From Alphaproteobacteria bacterium (GTDB lineage Bacteria > Pseudomonadota > Alphaproteobacteria > Micavibrionales > UBA2020), in assembly GCA_035437825.1 (NCBI GenBank), contig DAOMYX010000006.1:3332-67331 (forward strand): DNA of 64,000 bases. Direction: 5' to 3'. Below are positions 47,613 to 56,370 of the stretch, one piece after another. The position numbers and the translations under genes are program-made. How positions within the stretch are numbered: position 1 is the stretch's first letter; the number at the start of each line of letters is the position of its first letter. The notes beneath the pieces were generated by a model, which searched no databases, was not told the DNA's origin, and was given only the letters and a program-made list of their open reading frames with translations.

Positions 47613-48510
47613 TTGTCTCCGGCACATCGGGCTCCGTGCCGCCCAGCGAATGGATGTATATCGTCAAAGCCTTGAGCGTATCGGGGCTGAGCCTGCCCTC
47701 CCACGCGGGCATCACGCCGGTGCGCGCCTGCGATACCGTGGCGTGGATGGATTTTTTATCGCCGCCCCACAGCCAGATTTCATCGTTCAAGCGCGGCGCG
47801 CCCATGTCATGGCTGCCCTCGCCCGCATCGCCGTGGCAGGCGGTGCAATTTTCGGCGAAAACCTCTTTGCCGCGCAGATAGGCTTCGGTTTGCGCAGCCT
47901 TGTCGCCCAGATGCAGGTCATGCACATATTCGGTCACGTCGTCGATTTGCGCGCGCGTGAGCAAGCCATCGCGGCCGAAAGACGGCATTTGCGTGCCGCG
48001 GGCGTCGTCATGGCCGGAGTTAACACCGGCGCGCAGCGTCTGGTGAATATCCTCCAGCTTGCCGCCCCACAGCCAGTCGTCGTCGTTGAGGTTCGGATAG
48101 CCGCGGCCACCCGCCGCGCCCGTGCCGTGGCAGGCCGCGCAGTTTTCCTTGAACGCCGCCGCGCCGCCGACGCGCGCAAATTCATAAAGCGCGCTATCGG
48201 CCAGAATTTCCGGCATGGTCGCCGTGTGGAATTTTTCCTGATACTTCGCGCGGCGCTGGTAAATTTCCTGCTGCGCGTCTTTCAGCTCGGCATACTGCGT
48301 CCAGGCCCATGTACCCTTGGTCGCGCCGCCCGCAACCGGCCAGGCGGGATAAATAACCCAATAGCCGACAGACCAGATGACCGTGATGACAAAAACCCAC
48401 AGCCACCAGCGCGGCGCAGGGTTGTTCAGCTCCTTCAGCCCGTCCCATTCATGCCCCGTGGTTTCGACGCCGGTGATGGCGTCTTTTTCCCTGTTATCGT
48501 GGCCAGACAT
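47605..48510 (-). CDS. ccoP: cbb3-type cytochrome c oxidase subunit III (diheme)
   Basis: 301 aa with two CxxCH motifs (CAACHG, CTACHG) and an N-terminal TM. Confidence 0.9.
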   Translation of the reverse strand: MSGHDNREKDAITGVETTGHEWDGLKELNNPAPRWWLWVFVITVIWSVGYWVIYPAWPVAGGATKGTWAWTQYAELKDAQQEIYQRRAKYQEKFHTATMPEILADSALYEFARVGGAAAFKENCAACHGTGAAGGRGYPNLNDDDWLWGGKLEDIHQTLRAGVNSGHDDARGTQMPSFGRDGLLTRAQIDDVTEYVHDLHLGDKAAQTEAYLRGKEVFAENCTACHGDAGEGSHDMGAPRLNDEIWLWGGDKKSIHATVSQARTGVMPAWEGRLSPDTLKALTIYIHSLGGTEPDVPETNE

Positions 48511-48659
48511 TATTCCTGCTCCTTGAAGGGGATGTTGCCGTAGGATTCGATGCGTTTTTTATTTGCGGGGCGGTATGTGGCAATCGCAATCAGCACAAAG
48601 GCCACAAAAAAACCGACCAGCCCGACGCTGGGCGCATGGGTGATAAAAAAATCCATCAT
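48510..48659 (-). CDS. ccoQ: cbb3-type oxidase subunit IV CcoQ (small membrane protein)
   Basis: This ORF is not in the supplied track. My manual translation is [49 protein letters not shown]. Its start overlaps the ccoO stop and its stop overlaps the ccoP start. Confidence 0.6.
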   Translation of the reverse strand: MMDFFITHAPSVGLVGFFVAFVLIAIATYRPANKKRIESYGNIPFKEQE

Positions 48660-49390
48660 TTTTTCATCTCCTGAATATCGGGGTTATAGGTACGCAGGTC
48701 CGCCATGGTGCCCAGCACCTGCAGATAGGCGATAAGCGCGTCCATTTCCGTCAGGTTGTTGGGCTGGCCGTCAAAGTCGCGCACATTGACCTTGTCGCCG
48801 TAGCGTTCGCGCAGGCCGTCCGCGCTGCCATCGGCGCGGCCTTGCGCCATGGCGTCGTTATACGCCTGTTCCAGCATCGCGTCGGTATAAGGCACGCCGA
48901 CCGTACGCAGCGCCCCCAGATGGTTTTCAATCTTGGTCAGATTGACACCGCGGTTCGCAAGGAAGGCATAGCTCGGCATAATCGATTCCGGCACGACATC
49001 GCGCGGGTTTTTCAAGTGCGCCGCATGCCATTCGTCGGAAAACTTTCCGCCCACGCGCGCCAAATCCGGCCCCGTGCGTTTGGAGCCCCAGAGGAACGGG
49101 TGGTCATACATGCTTTCCGCCGCCAGCGAATAATGGCCGTAGCGTTCCACCTCGTCGCGCAGCGGGCGGATTTGCTGGCTGTGGCAGGAATTGCAGTTTT
49201 CGCGGATGTAGATGTTTTGCCCCATCAGCTCGAGCGGGGTATAGGGGCGCATCCCCTCCACCTTCTCGATGGTGACGTCCATACGAAACAGCGGCACGAT
49301 TTCGACGATACCGCCAATAGACACGGCGATGACCGAGAAAATCAGCAGAAGAACCGAGTTCTTCTCGAGCTTTTTATGTTTCTCAAGCAT
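48656..49390 (-). CDS. ccoO: cbb3-type cytochrome c oxidase subunit II (monoheme)
   Basis: CNSCHSQ heme motif. The start was re-picked at ATG 49390 ([12 protein letters not shown]), overlapping the ccoN stop by 8 nt. Confidence 0.9.
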   Translation of the reverse strand: MLEKHKKLEKNSVLLLIFSVIAVSIGGIVEIVPLFRMDVTIEKVEGMRPYTPLELMGQNIYIRENCNSCHSQQIRPLRDEVERYGHYSLAAESMYDHPFLWGSKRTGPDLARVGGKFSDEWHAAHLKNPRDVVPESIMPSYAFLANRGVNLTKIENHLGALRTVGVPYTDAMLEQAYNDAMAQGRADGSADGLRERYGDKVNVRDFDGQPNNLTEMDALIAYLQVLGTMADLRTYNPDIQEMKK

Positions 49391-50813
49391 GTGCAGCTTC
49401 CCCCTGCGGCAAGGCAGCCTGCGCAGGCGCGCCTTCCTTGACGGTTTTGACAAGATTATAGACCATCACCAGCGCACCGCCGAGGTACAGCACCCCGCCC
49501 AGCGCACGCACGATGTAATAGATATGCAAATTGGCGACAGTTTCGACGAAGGAGTATTGCAAGAAACCCATTTCATCATAGGTGCGCCAGTCAAGCCCCT
49601 GCAAAATGCCCGCAAACCACATCGACACCATGTAAAGCACGATACCGATGGACGCGACCCACAGGTGCACGCTGACGAGTTTTTGCGAATACAGTTCTTT
49701 TTTGTTCCACAGCACCGGCACCAGATAATAAACCGCGCCGAAGGTGATGAACCCGACCCAGCCGAGCGCACCTGAATGCACATGGCCAATCGTCCAGTCG
49801 GTATAATGGCTGAGCGCGTTCACGGCCTTGATGGACATCAAAGGGCCTTCGAAAGTGCTCATGCCGTAAAAGGCCAGCGCGACAACCATGAACTGCAGCA
49901 CGGGGTCTTCGCGCAGTTTGTGCCACGCGCCCGAGAGCGTCATCATGCCGTTAATCATACCGCCCCAGCTGGGCATCCACAGCATGACGGAAAACGTCAT
50001 GCCAAGCGTCTGCGCCCAATCGGGCAGCGCGGTGTAATGCAAATGGTGCGGCCCCGCCCAGATGTAGATGAAAATCAGCGACCAGAAATGCAGAATGGAC
50101 AGGCGGTAGGAATAAACCGGACGCCCCGCCTGTTTCGGCACGAAATAATACATCATGCCAAGGAAACCCGCGGTCAGGAAAAAGCCGACGGCGTTGTGGC
50201 CGTACCACCACTGTATCATCGCGCTTTGCACGCCGGCATAGGCGGAATAGCTTTTCACATCCAGCCCGACCGGCAGGGATACGTTGTTGACCAGATGCAA
50301 AATCGCCACCGTCACGATGAACGACAGGTAAAACCAGTTGGCAACATAGATATGCGGCTCTTTACGTTTTGTAATCGTCATCAGGAAGTTGATGAAATAG
50401 GCTACCCAGACAACCGTCAGCCACAAATCGGCGTACCATTCCGGCTCCGCATATTCTTTACCCTGCGTGACACCCGCCAGATAGCCGAGCCCCGCGATAA
50501 GAATGAAAATCTGATAGCCCCAGAAAGTGAAGGTCGAAAGGCCATCGCTCCACAGCCGCGCCTGACAGGTGCGCTGCACCACAAAATAGCTGGTGCCCAA
50601 AAGCGCGTTGCCGCCAAAAGCGAAAATCACCGCCGAGGTATGCAGGGGGCGCAGGCGGCCGAAACTCAAAAACGGCTCGAAATTCAACTGTGGCCAGGCC
50701 AGCTGCATTGCGATGAGCAAACCGACGGTAAATCCGGCAATCCCCCAGAACATCGTCGCAATCGTGAACATACGAACGATGTCGTTGTTATAAATCGGTT
50801 TTTGCGTATCCAT
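49383..50813 (-). CDS. ccoN: cbb3-type cytochrome c oxidase subunit I
   Basis: 476 aa, 12-TM heme-copper oxidase with the typical CcoN pattern ([31 protein letters not shown]). Confidence 0.95.
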   Translation of the reverse strand: MDTQKPIYNNDIVRMFTIATMFWGIAGFTVGLLIAMQLAWPQLNFEPFLSFGRLRPLHTSAVIFAFGGNALLGTSYFVVQRTCQARLWSDGLSTFTFWGYQIFILIAGLGYLAGVTQGKEYAEPEWYADLWLTVVWVAYFINFLMTITKRKEPHIYVANWFYLSFIVTVAILHLVNNVSLPVGLDVKSYSAYAGVQSAMIQWWYGHNAVGFFLTAGFLGMMYYFVPKQAGRPVYSYRLSILHFWSLIFIYIWAGPHHLHYTALPDWAQTLGMTFSVMLWMPSWGGMINGMMTLSGAWHKLREDPVLQFMVVALAFYGMSTFEGPLMSIKAVNALSHYTDWTIGHVHSGALGWVGFITFGAVYYLVPVLWNKKELYSQKLVSVHLWVASIGIVLYMVSMWFAGILQGLDWRTYDEMGFLQYSFVETVANLHIYYIVRALGGVLYLGGALVMVYNLVKTVKEGAPAQAALPQGEAAHA

Positions 50814-50913
50814 AGAGCTTTTTGCTCCCTTTTTTTACTGCGGATGATGCCAGACTCGGAAAACCTGAAGGCAGCGAGCCCCCTTTTGGTAACAAATCAG
50901 TACTGCGGGTTAA

Positions 50914-50927
50914 TTGACTTTTGTCAA
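50914..50927. promoter_or_regulatory. FNR/FixK-type box TTGACTTTTGTCAA about 100 nt upstream of ccoN
   Basis: It is a palindromic TTGAC-N4-GTCAA. cbb3 operons are classically FNR/FixK-activated. Confidence 0.55.
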
Positions 50928-50961
50928 CAAAGAACTCCCCGCCGCGTTTTCAGGGGAAATA

Positions 50962-51360
50962 TTATGTTTGCGGATTTGGCGGCAGGTTCCGCGCGGCCTC
51001 TCCGCCCGCGGCGCCCTCACCATAATGCAGCACACGCACGGGAAACAATGCCATCAACCCGCGCCGCCCCAAAAGTTGCCCTGCTTCCTGCGCAAAGCTT
51101 TCGAGCTTATGGGTCTCATCAATTATTTCGATAATCACAGGCATGTCGTCCGATACGCGCCCCGAAAAATGGCTGCTGCCCGCTTTCAATTCGGCATGGC
51201 CAAAACCAACGTCGGTTTTAAAAACCGTCGCCCCCGCCATGCCGCGCTGACGCGCACGGTAGAGAATATCTTCGTACACCGGCATCCCGCGGCCATAATG
51301 GCTTTCGCCGATATAAATGCGCAGCGCGGCGGTTTCTGTTTTATCTCGCATGTGCCTCAC
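50962..51360 (-). CDS. DUF190 (PII-like, UPF0166) domain protein
   Basis: LRIYIGESHYGRGMPVYEDILYRARQRGMAGATVF and the MPVIIEIIDE pattern are present. The true start may be ATG 51351. Confidence 0.7.
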   Translation of the reverse strand: MRHMRDKTETAALRIYIGESHYGRGMPVYEDILYRARQRGMAGATVFKTDVGFGHAELKAGSSHFSGRVSDDMPVIIEIIDETHKLESFAQEAGQLLGRRGLMALFPVRVLHYGEGAAGGEAARNLPPNPQT

Positions 51361-51445
51361 CCTCTTCTACCGGATGAGACCTTGTCCGGCCTGTTTTTCT
51401 TTTTCGGCCTCAATAAAAGCATACTATTGTATGCAGACCGCCCGA

Positions 51446-51459
51446 TTGACCGAAATCAA
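51446..51459. promoter_or_regulatory. FNR/FixK-type box TTGACCGAAATCAA about 90 nt upstream of the DUF190 gene
   Basis: It has the same TTGAC-N4-ATCAA architecture as the boxes at 41237 and 50914. Confidence 0.4.
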
Positions 51460-51492
51460 AAGGCTTCCCGTTTTTTTGCGGGAAGCCTTGAG
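51457..51492 (-). terminator. intrinsic terminator downstream of the DUF465 gene
   Basis: 11-bp stem AAGGCTTCCCG/CGGGAAGCCTT with a T-rich trailer on the minus strand. Confidence 0.65.
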
Positions 51493-51512
51493 AAAAAGAA
51501 AATTAAAGCAAT

Positions 51513-51776
51513 CTAGACGGCGGCTTTATGCTGCGCGGCCTGATGCAGGCGCAGCATGGCAAACAAATCGTATTTCAGTGACAAACGTTGTTTTTTCAGC
51601 TCCTGTGCATGCGCATCATCCATAGCGCCCGCGCCGTCCTGCGCGCGGTGCAGCTCTTTGCATACAGCTTCATATTCTTCGGCCAGACGGCGGAAATGCG
51701 CGTCGGTCATTTTCATGGCATGAATATCGTCTTTAAATTCGGGGAATTCCTGTGCCAAATCATGATGTGCGCTCAT
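51513..51776 (-). CDS. DUF465 (YdcH-like) small protein
   Basis: The start was re-picked at ATG 51776 (MSAHHDLAQEFPEFKDDIHAMK) with an AAGGAG RBS. The sequence has a typical DUF465 helical pattern. Confidence 0.7.
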   Translation of the reverse strand: MSAHHDLAQEFPEFKDDIHAMKMTDAHFRRLAEEYEAVCKELHRAQDGAGAMDDAHAQELKKQRLSLKYDLFAMLRLHQAAQHKAAV

Positions 51777-51826
51777 ACCGTTTCTCCTTGCGAAGGCTTT
51801 TGATACTTTCATTAGGCCACAACAAG

Positions 51827-51866
51827 AAAACGGCGGACATGACCAAAGTCAAATCCGCCGTTTTTT
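51827..51866 (-). terminator. intrinsic terminator downstream of the DEAD-box helicase gene
   Basis: Stem CGGCGGA/TCCGCCG with flanking A and T runs. Confidence 0.6.
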
Positions 51867-51883
51867 AAGTCCAAAGACGATTA

Positions 51884-53677
51884 TCAATCGCGATAGGCGC
51901 GCTTTTTGCCTTGTGCGCTGCCGCGGTTTGCAGGGCGCGGCTTGCTGCCGCCATCGCCGCCGCTGCGGCGCGGGGCGGGCTTGCCCTTCGGACGCGGACG
52001 CTCGCCGTCGGCAAAGCGGTTTTCTTTGCCGGCGTAGCTGCGCTCTTTGCTGCCGAAGCTGCGCTCTTTATTACCGAAGCTGCGCTCTTTTCTATCTCCG
52101 CTGCGCTCTTTTCTATCTCCGCTGCGCTCCGTGCCGCCGAAGCTGCCTTCGCTGCGCGGTTTATCGCGGCTTTCCCATTTTCTATCCCCGAACTTGCCGC
52201 CGGATTTTTTTCCGCCCGGCTTGAAGCCGCCACGCTCGCCGCGCGGCTGGTATTCACCACGCTCGCCGCCGCGGTCATTGCGGCCTTCATAGCCGCGGCG
52301 TTCCCCGCGGCCCTCGTAACCACCACGGTCGTCACGGTCACGGCCATAACGCGCAGGACGGGAATCGCGGTCTTCGCGGTCAAAACGTGCGGGACGCGAA
52401 TCTCTGTCGCCACGCGCGGGACGTGCGTCACGGTCATAACGCTCTCTGCGTTCGCCGTCTTCGCGGCGGGGCGATGCGCCTTTGCGGGCGAAGGCCTTTT
52501 TGGTGCCGGTTTTAAAACCGCCGGGTTTGCGGCTGCCGGATTTTTTATTCGTCAGCTTGTCGTCCGCGCGCTCCGAATTCTTGACCGACTTCTCGGACGG
52601 GTTCATCAGGTGGTAAATTTCTTTCCACTTCGCGCCGTCTTCGGGCGTGACGAAAATAACCGCTTCGCCCGTTTTACCCGCACGCGCCGTGCGGCCGATA
52701 CGGTGAATGTAATCTTCTGCAACCTGCGGCAGGTCATAGTTGATAACGTGTTCGATGTGCGGAATATCAAGCCCGCGCGCGGCCACGTCGGTGGCGACCA
52801 GAATGCGGTATTCCTTGTCGCGGAAATCGGCAATCACGCGGTCGCGCTTGCTTTGTTTCAAATCGCCATGGATGGCTTCGGCTTTGTGGCCGTCGCGCTG
52901 CAGCTTGGTCGCCATGCGGTCGGCGCCGTGCTTGGTCTTGACGAAAACGATGACAGAACCGTCGCGGCGCGACAGGTGTTCGGACAGCGCCTTGTATTTT
53001 TCAGGCTGGTTCAGCTTGACCATTTCCTGTTTGATGTTTTCAATCGGGCTGTGCACATCACCCACCGCAATGCGCTCCGGCATGTGCAGATATTTTTTGG
53101 CGATTTCGATGATATAGGGCGGCAGCGTCGCGGAGAACAGCAGCGTCTGGCGCTCTTTCGGCATGTGGCGCAGGATGCGGTCAATCTGCACGCCGAAGCC
53201 CATATCGAGCATACGGTCGGTTTCATCGAGAACAAGGAAGCCGCAGTCGCGCAAGTTGACGCTGCGACGTTCCAGATGGTCGTTGATACGGCCAGGCGTG
53301 CCGACGATAAGACGCGGGCGGCCTTTGAGCTGGTTGAGCTGGCGGTACATGGAATCGCCGCCAATCAGCAGCGCGGATTTGATGCCGCTGCCGTGGCCGA
53401 GCATTTCGAGCAGCGCCTTTTGCACCTGCGACGCCAGTTCGCGCGTCGGGGTCATGACCAGTGCGGTCGTTTTGTCGGTGGTGAGCAGGCGTTCAATCAG
53501 CGGAATGCCGAAAGCGCCCGTTTTGCCCGTGCCCGTCTGGGCGGAGCCGAGAATGTCGCGGCCCTTGAGCGCGACAGGAATCGCCTTTGCCTGAATAGGC
53601 GTCGGCGTCGAAAATTTCATACGGGCGAGAGAGTCGGCGAGCTGCTGCGGCAGACCCAGAGAAGAGAAGTCTTTCAT
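51884..53677 (-). CDS. rhlE: DEAD-box ATP-dependent RNA helicase (RhlE-like) with long R/G/E/D/S-rich repetitive tail
   Basis: The Q-motif region, AQTGTGKT, DEAD-type VLDETDRM, SAT and HRIGRTARAG are present. The C-terminal ~220 aa are low-complexity, with 7-aa repeats encoded by 21-nt DNA repeats at about 52036-52160. Confidence 0.9.
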   Translation of the reverse strand: MKDFSSLGLPQQLADSLARMKFSTPTPIQAKAIPVALKGRDILGSAQTGTGKTGAFGIPLIERLLTTDKTTALVMTPTRELASQVQKALLEMLGHGSGIKSALLIGGDSMYRQLNQLKGRPRLIVGTPGRINDHLERRSVNLRDCGFLVLDETDRMLDMGFGVQIDRILRHMPKERQTLLFSATLPPYIIEIAKKYLHMPERIAVGDVHSPIENIKQEMVKLNQPEKYKALSEHLSRRDGSVIVFVKTKHGADRMATKLQRDGHKAEAIHGDLKQSKRDRVIADFRDKEYRILVATDVAARGLDIPHIEHVINYDLPQVAEDYIHRIGRTARAGKTGEAVIFVTPEDGAKWKEIYHLMNPSEKSVKNSERADDKLTNKKSGSRKPGGFKTGTKKAFARKGASPRREDGERRERYDRDARPARGDRDSRPARFDREDRDSRPARYGRDRDDRGGYEGRGERRGYEGRNDRGGERGEYQPRGERGGFKPGGKKSGGKFGDRKWESRDKPRSEGSFGGTERSGDRKERSGDRKERSFGNKERSFGSKERSYAGKENRFADGERPRPKGKPAPRRSGGDGGSKPRPANRGSAQGKKRAYRD

Positions 53678-53812
53678 TGTTAGGTTTTCCTGATGGCGGC
53701 TATGCCGCTTTGATGCGCGGCAAATAAATCCGCCGCTTTTTTCTGGGGCGCAAATGGCACCCCTTCATTGCGGCTTGGCACCGCTTCTTTTTATACGGCT
53801 TTAAAAACCGTG

Positions 53813-53860
53813 TGCGGTCATAACGCCGCTACCGTTTGCGGCCATAACGCCGCTGCCTTT
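53813..53860. repeat. 24-nt tandem direct repeat x2 in the helicase leader/promoter region
   Basis: TGCGGTCATAACGCCGCTACCGTT is followed by TGCGGCCATAACGCCGCTGCCTTT. Confidence 0.7.
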
Positions 53861-53970
53861 TCCGGCATCATCAGGGAAACCCGCGTGCTGGAAAAACAAA
53901 CCCCCGCCCGCCCAGCGGGCTGGCAGGGGTCTGTATGTATCCGTGCCTGAGTGGCGCGGACGCGCGTTAT

Positions 53971-54183
53971 TTACGCAGCGTCAGCAACTTTCAGGTTAGC
54001 GGCGGCGGTTTTGCCGCGCTCGGTCGCGAGGTCATAAGAAACGCGCTGACCTTCGTTCAGCGTGTCCAGGCCTGCGCTTTTAACTGCGGTGATGTGAACG
54101 AACACATCGCTGCCGCCTTGCTCGGGCTGGATGAAGCCAAAACCTTTGGTCGGGTTGAACCATTTTACGATACCGGTTGCCAT
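53971..54183 (-). CDS. cspA: cold-shock protein (CspA family)
   Basis: The start was re-picked at ATG 54183. MATGIVKWFNPTKGFGFIQPEQGGSDVFVHITAV carries the RNP1 and RNP2 motifs. 70 aa. Confidence 0.92.
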   Translation of the reverse strand: MATGIVKWFNPTKGFGFIQPEQGGSDVFVHITAVKSAGLDTLNEGQRVSYDLATERGKTAAANLKVADAA

Positions 54184-54507
54184 GTAGAAATTTCCTTTGT
54201 TGCAGACCGTTGAACAAGCCCCATCACCGTGATGAGACTTTAGAGAGTTTTGTATTCGTCCGGAAATCGCTCGAAGGTGACTTCGAAAAACCACCGGACG
54301 TCTCGAAACTCTTTCAACGCTGCGACGCTTGTTCCCTTCGGAAATTCATCGCTTCAAGCCGCTTGGGGCGACATGGCCTTCCGCATAGTGCCGGCAGGCT
54401 CGCACAGGCAGAGTACGCACGAAACTCATGCACTTTAGACCATACCCCGCGCAGAAAAACAAGGGGTATTATGTCTATTTATATCAAAATTTGCCTGTTT
54501 TTAGAGC

Positions 54508-56304
54508 TCAGGGGCGGGGTTGGCGGCCTTGGGCGGCACGGCGGGGGGCCGGTTGCGCCTGCGGCAGGGGTGGCAAGGGGGTATGGAAAATGACCGCATC
54601 ACGGACGGCCTGTGCGGAGTCGCCCGCTGCCGCCAATCCGGCCGCCGCCATCTCGTCCACATAAGCGGCGGGAAGCGGCACCGCCCCCTTTTCCGGCTTG
54701 CGGTTCAGAAGCAAAACGGCAGAGGCCGTGACCGCCCCGCTGTCCACATCGATATAATCGAGCGCGAGGCGCAAAAGCGCACCATCCCCCACTTCGCCGT
54801 GATGGCGGATAGCCACGCGGCAATTCTTCACGTCCATTTTTTCATGCAGCGCGTTGATGGCGCGGATGCGCGCGCGGATATCCATCTCGCCGCCCGTGCG
54901 CGCGCTTTGCAGATTTGTGAAATCCTGCGGCGTCACCTGCCCTTTAAAAACATGGTTCTGCTTTTCGTTGCAGTATTCATAGCCCATCTGCATATACGAC
55001 GAATTGCCCGTCATGACCGATACGGCATAATCACGCACCGAAACTTCGGCGATATGGCGGTTGGCATCGGCGGCATTGTTAAACGCCTTGCGCGCGCTGC
55101 CCGCAATCGTATTTTCGGTGTCGTGATTGTCGGGGGAGCCTGCACCGCCGAATTTCGCCATCGCATTCACGCGCGGCACTTCGCCCTTGGGCAGCCAGTC
55201 GTCGCGGAAATTCCACCAATAAATGCCGAGCATGCCAAGGTCGAACGCGGGGCGCGTCTTGCCGCTTGCGTCCGTAACCGTCGCCTTTTGCATTTCCTCG
55301 ACCTTGGCGGTTTCGGTCGTCAGGGTTTCGGCCATGAAAACGGCATCGGGCTTTTGCGCATGCGCATGGGTTATCAGCGCCTGCCAGCAATCGGGCGGTA
55401 TTAAATAAGCCGCATCGCAGCGGAAATCTGTGAAGCCGGCCTTGAGCGACCAGTCGATGACTTTTTTGAAATAGCCTTCTTCGTTTGCATCGCCGAAAAT
55501 AAAAAAACGTTTTGCCTCGGGCGAGGCATAGTTGATATGCGCGACATCAGACCACGGGTCTTCCGCCGGGCCGCCGATTTGCAGGGTGAAATCGGCATTG
55601 CGTTTGAACTTGAATAAATATTCCTGCTGCACGCCCGCCGCGCCGCTTGTCTCGGCCGCAGGCCATTTGATGCCGATGAGAGAGCCGTCCGCTCCGCGCA
55701 GCGGCGTCAGGTTCGCGCCCGCTTCGCGTTTGATATCCGCAATCGCCGCATCTTCGCGCAAGACCAGCGCATGGTCGGCCGCGACGTGATTGCACACAAG
55801 GTCTGCGTAAAGGCGCACGCCTTTTTCCCGCGCCTTTTGCGCGAAATGCTGCAGGTGTTTTAAATCTTCGTCTTGGCCGCGCCCTGCGGAAAATTCATCG
55901 CCGAGGCGGAAATGGTCGCGCTGCGCGTAATAGCTGCCGCTGCGGTTTTCGCCGTGCGACATTTTCTCAACCGCCGTCGGCTGCCCCATCGGGCTGAACC
56001 AAAGCGCGTTAAAGCCCATATCCGCCGCATGGTCAATCAGCCACGACGCGCCATCCGCGCGGTCTTTGCCCGACCAGCTGTCGATAGAGCCCACCATCCG
56101 CGGGGGCACATAGTAAATGCGATGACCCGGCAATTTTGTTTCCCTAAATGCGGCAGAATAGTTAGATAGTACCAAAAATGACGCCCGCGACAAGCGTTTC
56201 GTTTCTTCGCCGTGGCATTTTGTTCCTTTGACCTGCAAGCCATTCATGCCTATAAGATTTTCAGGCGGCAGCACGCGCATCGCACAGAAGATGGTGCGCC
56301 GCAC
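54508..56304 (-). CDS. GH13 alpha-amylase-superfamily enzyme, GlgE-like catalytic core
   Basis: IYYVPPR...MGFNALWFSPMG, LYADLVCNHVA, FRCDAAYLIP and DAVFMAETL resemble the GlgE-type GH13 blocks as I remember them. The start codon is uncertain (56304, about 56280, or about 56247). Confidence 0.65.
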   Translation of the reverse strand: MRRTIFCAMRVLPPENLIGMNGLQVKGTKCHGEETKRLSRASFLVLSNYSAAFRETKLPGHRIYYVPPRMVGSIDSWSGKDRADGASWLIDHAADMGFNALWFSPMGQPTAVEKMSHGENRSGSYYAQRDHFRLGDEFSAGRGQDEDLKHLQHFAQKAREKGVRLYADLVCNHVAADHALVLREDAAIADIKREAGANLTPLRGADGSLIGIKWPAAETSGAAGVQQEYLFKFKRNADFTLQIGGPAEDPWSDVAHINYASPEAKRFFIFGDANEEGYFKKVIDWSLKAGFTDFRCDAAYLIPPDCWQALITHAHAQKPDAVFMAETLTTETAKVEEMQKATVTDASGKTRPAFDLGMLGIYWWNFRDDWLPKGEVPRVNAMAKFGGAGSPDNHDTENTIAGSARKAFNNAADANRHIAEVSVRDYAVSVMTGNSSYMQMGYEYCNEKQNHVFKGQVTPQDFTNLQSARTGGEMDIRARIRAINALHEKMDVKNCRVAIRHHGEVGDGALLRLALDYIDVDSGAVTASAVLLLNRKPEKGAVPLPAAYVDEMAAAGLAAAGDSAQAVRDAVIFHTPLPPLPQAQPAPRRAAQGRQPRP

Positions 56305-56370
56305 AACGCGCGGACGGCTTTCGCCAACTGCGTTTCAGAAACAACAAATGCGTTTCAAGAGGGGAAAAAG

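Noticed and set aside
50914-51516. 200-aa plus-strand ORF spanning the ccoN-DUF190 region.
   Set aside because: It overlaps the DUF190 gene in antisense and crosses a promoter region and a terminator. It shows no family resemblance.
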